From assembly GCA_051453625.1 (NCBI GenBank), contig JBOZIK010000001.1, forward strand, positions 32,001,112 through 32,065,111: DNA of 64,000 nucleotides, written 5' to 3'. The notes under the pieces were generated by a model. That model ran no database searches. It was not told the DNA's origin and saw nothing but the letters and a program-made list of their open reading frames with translations. Shown here in pieces: positions 1-11,359 of this stretch. Position 1 is the stretch's first letter; the number at the start of each line of letters is the position of its first letter. Both the position numbers and the translations under genes were made by a program. The DNA comes from Welwitschia mirabilis. Lineage: Eukaryota.

Positions 1-1921
1 CACAAAAGTCTAATTTACCAAGATGTTGATCACAGAGAAGATCTTTTTGACTTAGGATGTGCATACCTTTTTCACTCATGTGACCTAGCCGCATGTGCCA
101 CAAACGAGTAACATGAGAATCAGACATAGAGGTAGAAACTGCTATTAAACCTGTAACTGTAGAACCTTACAAGACATATAGGCTACTACATTGGGTAGCC
201 TTAAATATAACAAAAGCACCTTTGATAATTTTTAGAACTCCACCTGCAGCTACATATTTATACCCTTTAGATTTAAGAGTACCTAATGAGATTAAGTTTT
301 ATTTAAGATTAGGAACAAAGCATNNNNNNNNNNAGTTCTGACACTTCCATCATCGCTTTTGATCTGAACAGTTCCTATTCCTTTCACCTTACACTGGGTG
401 TCATTATCCATTAACACAACCCCAGAGCAAATAGATGTAAAGTTAGTAAACCAGTCTCGATGAGGACAGATGTGAAAAGTACAACCTAAATCAAGAATCC
501 AGTTGGATGAGTTTCTAACATCAATAGAAGATTCAGATAATAAGACATCACCTTCAATATCAGTGTCATTGATACTAGCCTCTGTAACTAGTTGAGGTTG
601 TTTCCTCTTTGCTTCTCTATCCTATTTATTTTTCAATTTATAACATTCAAGAAGCTCATGTCTAAGTTTTTTACAATAGCGATAGGTTTTACTATTGGAC
701 TTACGTCCTCTTGACTTTAACATGGACTTACTGTAGTTATTAGTACATATACGTACATAATCACGACTTCAACCTCTAATCATCAGATATTCACCCTTGT
801 TTTCAGAGTAAATATCTAAATTAAGCTTCTCTTTTGATAACAAATTTGCTTTAACATTTTCAAAAGATAGAGTATCTAATCCACTATATAATATAATTTC
901 TNNNNNNNNNNNNNNNNNNNNNNNNNNNNNNNNNNNNNNNNNNNNNNNNNNNNNNNNNNNNNNNNNNNNNNNNNNNNNNNNNNNNNNNNNNNNNNNNNNN
1001 NNNNNNNNNNNNNNNNNNNNNNNNNNNNNNNNNNNNNNNNNNNNNNNNNNNNNNNNNNNNNNNNNNNNNNNNNNNNNNNNNNNNNNNNNNNNNNNNNNNN
1101 NNNNNNNNNNNNNNNNNNNNNNNNNNNNNNNNNNNNNNNNNNNNNNNNNNNNNNNNNNNNNNNNNNNNNNNNNNNNNNNNNNNNNNNNNNNNNNNNNNNN
1201 NNNNNNNNNNNNNNNNNNNNNNNNNNNNNNNNNNNNNNNNNNNNNNNNNNNNNNNNNNNNNNNNNNNNNNNNNNNNNNNNNNNNNNNNNNNNNNNNNNNN
1301 NNNNNNNNNNNNNNNNNNNNNNNNNNNNNNNNNNNNNNNNNNNNNNNNNNNNNNNNNNNNNNNNNNNNNNNNNNNNNNNNNNNNNNNNNNNNNNNNNNNN
1401 NNNNNNNNNNNNNNNNNNNNNNNNNNNNNNATAATTTCTTTAAAATGCCTATAGGTAGGAGGTAAAGAGACAACTAACAAAATTGCCTTATCTTCATCTT
1501 TAATATGCACATCGAGATTTTGTAAATCCAACAGAATGAAATTAAACTTATTGAGATGTGCTTAAACGGGAGTACCTTCAGACATGCGAATGATGAATAA
1601 ACATTTTTTAAGTCGAAGCTTATTGTCAAGGATTTTATTCATGTACAACACTTTCAATTTCAGCCATAGGCTGGCAGCAGTGGTCTTATCGATGACCTCA
1701 TGGAGGACATTCTTGGATAAACAGAACTAGATTGCTGTTAAAGCCTTTTTATCCAACTCATTTCATTGCTCATCACTCGTGGCCTTAGGTTGTTTTGCTT
1801 TTCCATTTATGGCCTTCTTCAAGTCATTTTAAGTGAGAACAACCCTCATCTGAACACGCCATAAAGAAAAACTCAGTCTGCCATTGAATTTTTTGATGTC
1901 AAACTTTGTTACATTGGCCAT
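1..1921 (-). pseudogene. Copia gag-pol (UBN2-type gag, degenerate zinc knuckle, protease, GAG-pre-integrase) with in-frame stops
   Basis: Manual translation from the ATG at 1921 gives MANVTKFDIKKFNGRLSFSLWRVQMR..., DEDKAILLVVSLPPTYRHFKEIILY, YCKKLRHELLECYKL, protease WILDLGCTFHICPHRDWF, and pre-integrase [13 protein letters not shown]. Confidence 0.92.
902..1430. other. Assembly gap with overlapping flanks (true size probably about zero)
   Basis: ataatttct flanks both sides, and the gag protein reads through (RHFKEI / EIILYSG). Confidence 0.8.
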
Positions 1922-4015
1922 CTAAAAGCAAATTCTTGTACACAATCACTAGATGTTACAATAGGAAGAAATATAGAATCACTCCAAAAACAACACAAAG
2001 AGAGGGTAAGTCAATCATTTCCCTTAAGGAAGGCCTTAGAAAACTATGATAATTAAATAAACCCCATAATGTACAATATACTATAAAAGTATATTCTTAG
2101 GAAGAAGGGGCTATATAATTGAAAAATCACAGCAACACAATAATATGCTTCAAAAACAAAAAGCGTAAGTAAAAAAAAAAAAAAAAACGAGTTGTAAAAA
2201 GGAAATAACATTGACAAATCAAGAGGCAGGTCCTCTCTGTAGGAGTAAAAATATGGCCAAAACAAAGAAAAATAAATTAAAGGCGTTAAATTCCTATACA
2301 AGTCATGACTTAATGTTAGTTGAATAACTTCCAATAAACCACGCTATATCACCACCAATGCGCTTCAAATTCTGCCACCTCAGTTGCGGTCAACATGTGA
2401 AGTTAGCACTGCAATAGCACTTCAAAAATCAGGAAAAGCATAGGTTGAATCAGCGGATGATGATTGATGCTGAGGAAAGAGGAGAAGGCACAAATGAAAG
2501 ATGATAAATAGGAATCATGCAGCGCAATGTGGGTGGTGAGGCTGCATGAGAAAGACGCACAACGCTTATGGCATAGATCAGCGCAAAGGAGCCAAAAGAT
2601 GGCTATCACCTAAAAAAATAGTGTGACAAAGCCGAGAGATGGGGTAGGAGGTATCTATCAAATGCCAACAGCACACACAAGTGTAATGCGCTAGGTGTGA
2701 GGTAGGACAAGTAGCATGCAAAGATGGCTATCATGTGAAAAAACTGAGCATCGCAAAAAGAAAGTGATACATAGAAATGTAACATGAACTGTGAGATAGG
2801 CAGACACAATGCAGCGACTGGCATGACTAGCTGATAGAGGAAAGGGGTCAAATAATAATCAGGTGTATGGAAGCACACATAAAGTGTAGGCACCTGGTCT
2901 TATAAACCAAAAAAACAAATAACAAAAAAAAAAAATGCTAGAGAATGATATGCGCATAGAACAGGGTTGAAGAGAATGCACGGCACACTGCCATGGAATC
3001 ATGGCTATGGCCACTGATGAATGTGTGAAGCATGTGTAAAGACATCAATGGTGCGACTGCAGGAGTGATGGTGAGTGATGATGTAAGACACAATAGTGGA
3101 AGTGCAGCAACGAGTCACAAAGGCCACAAAAAAAAGAGGCACATAAAAATGGAGATGCACGAAAACAAGACAGGACAGCCGAACAAGAGATAACATGAAG
3201 AGAGACGGATCCCTTTTCTAAAAACAAGTGGCGCTATGATGTGTCAGCAAGAAGGCGAGTACAACTGTTAGATGCCAGTGATCAGTGACAGGATGTCACA
3301 CGACGGAGCAACAAGGTGCGCAGAGTGGATGGCGACCTAGTGAAGGTGTGTTGGATGTACACGGTTCTAGAGGAAAATGCAACAAGAGTTGGAAGTGGGT
3401 GTAGACAGATGGCATGGACAACACAGAATGAAGAGCGACATGGGAATGCATATCAACTACAGGCACTACAAAAATGATGTGTACTTGGACATGTAAAAGT
3501 GCATAGAAATGCAGAGGAAACAAGCTGGCAGGCATTGTCAGAGGACAACAAGCAAAAGAAGCCGCAACAGCAACCAAAGCGCACAAACAACATGCAAGTG
3601 GTGATGAATCACAAGGTGGAGGAATGCGAAAGGGGGCACACCAGCAACACACAAGCAGTGACAACTCGTAAAGTGGAGGGTGCTAAAAGGCATGCAATGA
3701 TTTTACACAGGCAGAGAAAGATCCGCAAAGAAAACACTGAAGAACTAGTGGTACTAAAGTGTAGGTGAAAAGAGCCGCAAGAAAAATGCTAAAGCATAGA
3801 TTAGCAATGTCGAGGTTCTTGAAACACGACATAGGAACAATGCAAGGGAATAGCAGAGGAGGAGGTCGAGGCACTTAGAATGCAGCGCAGGCATAATGGA
3901 AAGGTAGCACTAGGGTGGCAGCTACTGTCGCTGCATGGAAGGCTATTCTTTGACTGTCAGAAAGGTAAGCAACGATGGGGCAGAAGGTGGCAAAGGTGGC
4001 AATGCATACAACCAC

Positions 4016-4027
4016 GCTCTGATACCA
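4016..4027 (-). promoter_or_regulatory. Primer-binding site (tRNA-iMet), TGGTATCAGAGC
   Basis: Plus strand reads gctctgatacca, 2 nt from the LTR-terminal CA. Confidence 0.93.
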
Positions 4028-4029
4028 CT

Positions 4030-4234
4030 TGTACACCTGGCAAGCCAAATTTCTCAATCTAAAGTTTTGATTATTTATCACCCTTTAAATGCTAAGGGTG
4101 AATCCCCTTTTATAAATACAAATGACACACATTTTAAGGGAGACACTGTTTGTTTCATGATGTGTTTATGGGCTAGTTTAGGAATGTCTATGATGATTAG
4201 CTTGTGAATGTGTGCATGAGCCACTATTTTAACA
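4030..4234 (-). repeat. 5' LTR (~205 bp) of the Tnt1-like element
   Basis: It ends ...GGTGTACA just before the PBS and has a TATTTATAAAAG TATA-like motif. The outer start TGTTAAAA is inferred because no second LTR is in the window. Confidence 0.7.
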
Positions 4235-4237
4235 TAA

Positions 4238-5520
4238 ATTAATGGGCTGGGCCAGGTCAATATTTCGTATACACAGTCTCTGTGAGTACATCGGGTGGAT
4301 TATAGGTAAATATTTCGTATACACAGTCTCTGTGAGTACATCGGGTGGATTATAGGTATAATATGCTGACAAGCATTCCTACATATTGGGAGGTTATTAC
4401 AGTACGTCTAGGTGATAATGTACTGATGATTTTGTAGCTCTCTATAATGAATTTGATTAATTCTAAGTTTCATCAGAAGTTGCTCGAAAGGATTTTGGAC
4501 TCATCATAGATTGTGAAGATGATGGCCAAGATCCCTACTCTTACTATGTGAAAAGGTATTGAAACATTGTAGGCTACTAAAGCTATTGTACTTGCCATTT
4601 CTATCGACAATAGTATCGCTTGTGGTCAGCTAGTATCTTAGTAAGGGCCTTAGGGTGGGTTTGTGTTGATTGTTATTCAGAATATAGCTATAGAAAGTAG
4701 TAACATAGAAGCTGTACTAATGTTTTTAAGCTTTTTTTCACTTTTTTTTTTTGGTATGAAAATGATATTAGCTCATGTTTATGTATATATAATTGCTTCA
4801 GGGAATGTTAATATTGTGGTTTAAATATGGTTATTTTTATGAAAATTTCATTTTTTAATGCAAGATGCCAATTCTTTTTATGAATGATTAATTTGGTAGT
4901 TGTAATTATTTATGATGACTTAAAACACCATGAAAAGTATCTTATGATGTAGACTATTGCATTATGAGCATTGACAAGAATATGGTAAAAGTATGATGTA
5001 TTTTTCTTAGGCCAATGGATAAGGAGAATACTTTTTCACAGAGCTTAATAAGTTTTTAAGGTTTTAAAAAGGACATGACATCATATAAGATTCACAGCTA
5101 ACCTTCAAGTAGGAATATGAAGTATAACAATTTAAGAAGATGATTGATAAGACAGAACCCTTTGGAAAAAAAAAAATTATGAAACTATTTTTCTAGATGC
5201 TATGTAAATAGTCTAGATGAAAAAAATTTTCTTATATATTCAAATAATAGTAAGGCCTATTATAAATGAAGCATTAGATATAAAAAACTAGTGTCTAGCA
5301 AGAATGTTGTTTCTCATTAATGTAGTTTTGCTAATACCAAAATTAATGAAGACAATAAAAACATAGATTATGGCTTTCCAACTAAAATGTAAAGTTGCAT
5401 AGCTTTCTCATGAAAAAAAATCTAAAGAGGCAAACATGTAATATTGAAAAATGAAGATAATATGAAATGCTTGAATATCATACAAGGTTGAATAATGTTT
5501 AAAATCTTGCATGAAGATAG
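4238..5520 (+). pseudogene. Unidentified spliced gene relic (exon-like blocks ..4355, 4477-4555, 4802-4829, 4900-4990, 5011-~5520)
   Basis: AG/GT-bounded blocks have compatible phases and join as WAGPGQYFVYTVSVSTSGGL*|KLLERILDSS*IVKMMAKIPTLTM*K|GNVNIVV*I|CCNYL**LKTP*KVSYDVDYCIMSIDKNMVK|ANG*GEYFFTELNKFLRF. The last intron is only 20 bp, and the product is not recognised. Confidence 0.4.
4259..4358. repeat. Perfect 50-bp tandem duplication
   Basis: aatatttcgtatacacagtctctgtgagtacatcgggtggattataggta occurs twice in tandem. Confidence 0.95.
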
Positions 5521-8500
5521 GTAAACCAAAATTAATAATAAAGCCTATAGCTAAAACAATAATTTTCAGTGTCATAACTAAGTTATTAATAGCAAGATTT
5601 TTATACTTTTGATGTATTATACCACTTTAAATAATTAAAACTTTTAAATAATTAACTTATTTATTATAAAGTAATGATATCTTTTTTTAATAAATTTTAA
5701 TAACTCATAATATATTAATCAAAGCTTATCTTTAGGGTTACCATTACAACTATTCATAATAACTCTAGTATTATACAATACATTCCACATCTAAATACAA
5801 AGGTTAAATTTGTAACATGTCAGTTCTTGTAAATATAATAATTCAAGGGGATGAGGAAGATGCAAATGTTTCATTAGTAATAACTAATCCATAAATGTAA
5901 AGCTCAAAAATGGATATCAATTTACATTGTTTAGATTAGGTTATTTTTGAAAAGATGAGTAAACAAAGTGGACTTAGTTAAGATAGAGGCCTCATTATTC
6001 TAAATTGTCTTTTATCTTAAAACTTTACCATCTTCATTTATTTATGTTTAGGACTATTTCTAATGAAAACCATTTTAGGATAATACAAAAATACTTCACG
6101 TAAATGTTACATCTCAAACCATTTAGAAAGGAGAAAAAATAATATAGAAATTGTATCATCTTATTGAGGTTAGAATTGTGAAGAAGACATATCCTTTATT
6201 ATTATCTTTTCTTCATTGTTCTTTTTATGTTTAATTTGCTTATTATTTCATCCAAGTTAGTAAACTTGCTATTTTATAAACCTCAACTTACTTCACTAAG
6301 TATCATGACAAGGAAGGAAAGGAACATTACTTAACTAATACAACAATTATTACATTATATGAGTCATACATATAATTAATAAAATAATTGTCATTTTAAA
6401 TTACATTATTATGGTATCATACATAGGTTAAATTAGAGACCCATATTAGAACTATAATCTTACAAATCAAAATAATCTCTTTAGAAAGAATAATAATAAC
6501 ATCATTAATGTCAATCATTATTGAGATCAATACATCTTTCATTTCTTAGTATTCCATGAATATTTGGTACTATTCTATTATACACTAGTTTCTTTTTTCC
6601 TAATCTTTCTCATTAATGAGATATGAATATTATAAGTGCTAAAATATTTTTATTTAGAAAAATCTCATGGTTTTTAAGATTGCAAAATTATTATGACACT
6701 CTCTTTTAAGGCACATCCCTTGGTACTCATCTTGCTTATTTTGAATTCTTAAGTGCTTAATGTTTGCATTGTCAAGAAGACTTTAGATACATGTTACGAG
6801 ATAAATGTGGCTATTGATTAAGATTATCCTAAGAAGGTTTTTTAAATATGTAGTAATATACCCTTCTGATATAATGCCTTAGTAGTATTCATAATAACTA
6901 CATTCTTTAGAATGCTATGTTGGGATTATTTTTGTTATAGATTCAAAAACTCTAAAAATGCTTTGTTTTCTTTGTGAGTTGAAAAGCTATTTCTTTTGTT
7001 CTAAAATTTTTTATCCTCTTCTTAAAATATTTTTCATCTCTATTTTCTTAGCCTTATTGAGAATTGTATTAGCTTAATTTTGATAGTTAGTAAGATCTAT
7101 CTTAATTTAAACAAAAAGAAAAAATATTTCATAAGTAACTAAACATAATTAATAAACCCTACTAAAAATTATCAATAAATAAAAAAGAATTTAATTTTAA
7201 ATTCATGATTAAATTGCTTTATAAGAAATTTTTAGTTTTCAATAACTTCAAAGATCATATATTGTTAAATAATACTTTTAAAGCATATTTTGATATAGAA
7301 TTAGAAAAACATTTATTAATGAAATATTTAACCTAAATCAACAGGAGAAATGGAAGTAGGATTTTCTTTTTTTATCCTTTTTCTTTTGGTTGTAATTTTA
7401 AAATCCAATGGTAAATTATTGTGACATTAATGACTTGGATATTAATTCTAGTTTTAATGTTTAAAAAAATGATGGAATCACATCTAGATTTAAAGAGGCA
7501 TGTAAGAAAGATATGATCACTCCTAGAAAAGATGGATGGAAAACATCCTTTTACGTATGATCATATGATTACATCCTTATAATCTTATTCAGCACATAGA
7601 GTTCCATAATGAAGGTTCTTAGTGTGCATTAAGCTAGTGAATAATAAGGGTATCTTCATGTATTAAAAATACTAGCCATGTCATTATGAGATCTATTAAG
7701 GAATAAGCATAATTAAAAGGTTAAAAAAGAAGAAACTATACAAATATGCTAACTAGACACTAATAATAAGTGAAGAGTAATTCCATGTCATTATAAGAAA
7801 ATATTTTTTGTAAATAGACTGGAAAGCCACATGAGTAGTAAACTAGAAATATAACATAGAATATCAAATTTTAATGATTTTAGCTATACAATATCAAATT
7901 TTAATGATATTAGTAAAGGAATTTGATCAAAATAATCTCCAGTTTCTTAGTTTAGAGAGTTTATTATAAATATATTGAATAATAATGAACTGTAATTCTA
8001 AAATCATGGTAATAGAGATACATAATAAGACTTTTACTACATTTACTATGTATATGATAGGATAGATTTCATGTACTAATGTATATTGAATTACATAGAG
8101 GAGATTATAATAAGAAGAATTACTCATAGTAATAATTTGAATATGCATATAATGACCAATAATATGATCAGGTTTTAATTCTTCTAAGTTGACTTTCAAC
8201 CTTACATTCATCTACATGATATTGTTCTTTGTCCAATTCTTCATAAAATCCTTTTTTAATAATAGATTAATACATGTAATAAAGTGTATAGTGAGCAATA
8301 ATAGGAATTTAAAATAATAAATTTCTTCTTTCTCTTTTTTTTTTTGCCCTAATGTTTAAAAATAGGTGCCATGTAACTACATAAGTAATCTTCCATAATG
8401 TATTTCATTACACAGTCTAAAGTGAAATTAATACTTTTTATAATTTCATGATATAAAATTCGTCATAATGTGTTTGGATAAAAACTTAACTTAAGGAATA

Positions 8501-8557
8501 AGTGTATTACCTAGTTCTTTATATGTTCTGATTACAACTAAGGCCCTATAGTATCTC

Positions 8558-9545
8558 GGCTAAGGATGCTACACACCATGGTTCCATGCGAATAGATACA
8601 TGAAAACCCTAGTGGTGTGCTTACCTTTATAAAGCAAGCTCTTCATGAAATAATAATAGGAAGAAAAATAAAATTTAGTTTTCGAGAAATCTTGTGTCTT
8701 GGTCTTGGTACTCTTGTTTCTCAACAAGTGGTATCAGATATATGTTTTGCTCCTTGGCTTAGCTCTAATAATTACTTTTTCACTTTAAAATGGCTATTTT
8801 TAAACTTGTTTCAAAAATGATATTATCTTTTGATAGTTTTTTTTAACTAATGGTTAATATTTCCTCCTTTTTTAAATGTTTTTAATGTTTGATTCTTTTT
8901 ATCTTGGCTGAAGAGGGATCCTGAGTCTAACTACATGCTCACTGTTACTTTGCATTTTTTGGCTTATGTGTTTTTGGACTTGTACTTCCATTACAATCTT
9001 ATGTATTTGTGCTTTTTACTCATCAACCCATCACTTGCAGTGCTCCCTACCAATCTACTCGCTACCCCTTCATTACTCTACTCTTCATCTAGTGCTGCCT
9101 GCATCGCGTTCACCCATGATGTCTCTTTTCTATACACTTTGTCTTCTACCACTGAGCTTCTTATGCTTTATGCATTGGATCCATGCTTTTTTGATCTCCT
9201 GTTGCACCTCTATTTATTATTTGCTGACCATTCCTATGCTAGATAAGTTCCTCCACCTCCTACATTGCCCATTGTCTATGCTTACTCTTTTTACTGAATA
9301 AGTTCTTACATCTTTATAGCCTCTTATCAAGCTATAGTTTTTGTGTGATCTTTGCCTAGACCTATAACTACCCCATGTGCTTATTAAACATAGTTATATT
9401 GTATTTGTAGTATAGCTCCAGTAATGTCATGTCATCCATGCCCCCCCACCTACACATAGGCGTGCTTATCTATCAACTAGCTCTATGTTGTTAGTCACTT
9501 TCCTGCACTAGCTAGCAACTATTACTCCTATGGTTAGTTATTCTT
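8558..9545 (+). mobile_element. Copia family 'B' 5' fragment: LTR 8558-8726, PBS 8729-8738, CT-rich leader, truncated
   Basis: The LTR ends ctcaaca and is followed by AG-TGGTATCAGA. It is homologous to the LTRs at 11360, 18288 and 35690. Confidence 0.8.
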
Positions 9546-10788
9546 TGTTATGATGCATATTTGTGCAAATGTTATGTCCTCAATCAAATCCTATAAATCA
9601 TATATATATATATATATATTTCATAACATAACATACTAATATAGATGAAAATAACTCAAATGTCATAATCCCATTAAAGGCACGGACAAGAATAAAAAGA
9701 ATTGATTTCAAAATGAAATACTTATGTAACCTTAAAGTAGAATAAACTAACAATGCAAAATAAAAATGTAAATAAATACACTATGTAAATGTGATGCAAT
9801 TTCTATTCTAAATGTAACTTCTATCTGATTACCAAATCCACTTATCATAGAGATTAGTCCTGTATAATTTACATCAAACAAGAAAATCCATCACTAGACC
9901 AAGACCAATCTAAGCTATCAGATACGTTGAATAGAATATGAAAATAATGTAAAGTTAATCTAAGAAATTAAATGCAATGCACTTAAACTAACAATATCAA
10001 CCTTAATAAAGGTTTTCCTTGTGATTTATATTACTAATGAAGCTTTCATGAAATCAAAAACAATAAAAGATATAAAAAGGAAAACAAAGTTTTGATTAAA
10101 GAAAACTAAAAATCTATGTTATAAAGAAGCAACACTTCAATGAAGGATACACAGCACAATACCAAGGAAGATATCTCTCTGTAACAATAATGGATGATCC
10201 TCTTAATCTTCAATCTCCTATCATGAGAATTTCTAGTGTCAAAGAGGATGAAAATAGAGTCAATGATAAAGGAAGTATCTATTACAAGATAGACTCTAAA
10301 ATTATAAAATACTAACAAATGCGCTAATAACCCTAATAATCACATAATCAGATGCAAGTCATAGAGCTAGATTTTGGTGAAGTTTGATCAACCTTATTTT
10401 TAGGTATTGTCCTACTAGTCATTTGGGCATCATAAGAGATGATGTTATATTATATAAGTTACACATCAGGTGCTAGATTATTCTAGTAAGAATCCTTCTC
10501 AATGTAAGTAATTCTATCAACCATATAATTGTCCAAATAATTAGGCAAATGATGGACTTTTATAAAGTATTTTATGTGTTACATTAGCATCTTTAATTGT
10601 AGAATTGTTGCTTTCAATAGGAATTATTATAAATTACTTCAAATGCTATCAAATGTAATAACAATGACATGTTTTTTTTGATATTTGCCTTAGCTCTCCA
10701 TTGTTGTTAAAACTCAGCATAAAATTATCTAATGTCCTCCAATACTACTTAAATATCCTATTAAATACATATAATTTGATTCGTAATA
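9545..10788 (-). repeat. Athila-type gypsy LTR (probable 3' LTR; PPT-like tract ~10790-10820)
   Basis: Its ends resemble the LTRs at 15266-16345 and 57027-58171 (shared gcatatttgt; terminal aatttg..cgtaata versus aatttggcttgcaaca). A purine-rich tract lies upstream on the minus strand. Confidence 0.55.
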
Positions 10789-11359
10789 TAGCACTCCACT
10801 TATCCTTTTTAATCCCTGATAAAACTAGGTGAACAACCATAATTGTAAGCTAAATTGTCTAATAATAAAATAACTAAGAAGTATGAAATAAACTCAAAAA
10901 TAATTTCATAAATCTCAGAAATGCAAAATAGAACTATTAAAAATAGATAAATGAATATTTTACCTANNNNNNNNNNNNNNNNNNNNNNNNNNNNNNNNNN
11001 NNNNNNNNNNNNNNNNNNNNNNNNNNNNNNNNNNNNNNNNNNNNNNNNNNNNNNNNNNNNNNNNNNATTGAATAGTTTATTTAAGCAATAATATAAATTT
11101 AAAATAATACCTTTCTTATTTTTCTTTATTCTTTTTTTTTTGTTCTTACCATAGTGTTTAAAAATAGGAACAATGCAACTACATAAGTAGTCTTGCATAA
11201 TGTATTTCATTATAGAGTTTAAAATGAAATTACTACTTTTTATAATTTCATGATATAAAATTCATTATGATGTGTTTAACTAAAAACTTAACTTGAGGGA
11301 CAAGTGTAATGTCTAGTTCCTTATATGGTCTAATTACAACTAAGGCCCTATAGTACCTC

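Larger units (their letters stand above)
1..4234 (-). mobile_element. Ty1/copia LTR retrotransposon, Tnt1-like; 5' part (LTR, PBS, ~2.1-kb leader, gag-PR-start of INT), running off the window start
   Basis: Minus-strand order is LTR (TG...CA), tRNA-iMet PBS, long leader, then gag-pol motifs. It is richer in GC and CpG than the surrounding DNA. Confidence 0.9.

Noticed and set aside
769-1531. Two long ORFs in the ORF track
   Set aside because: Their length is inflated by Ns. They are two halves of the same copia gag across an overlapping gap.
2053-4260. Many short ORFs on both strands
   Set aside because: They lie in the low-complexity copia leader and LTR and show no domain similarity.
4259-4358. 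Perfect 50-bp duplication as a functional element
   Set aside because: It is identical in an otherwise decayed region, so it may be an assembly artefact or recent slippage. There is no evidence of function.
7340-8250. RT-like (DGWKTSF) trace and the 94-aa ORF at 7927-8211
   Set aside because: There is only one weak motif and no supporting domains.
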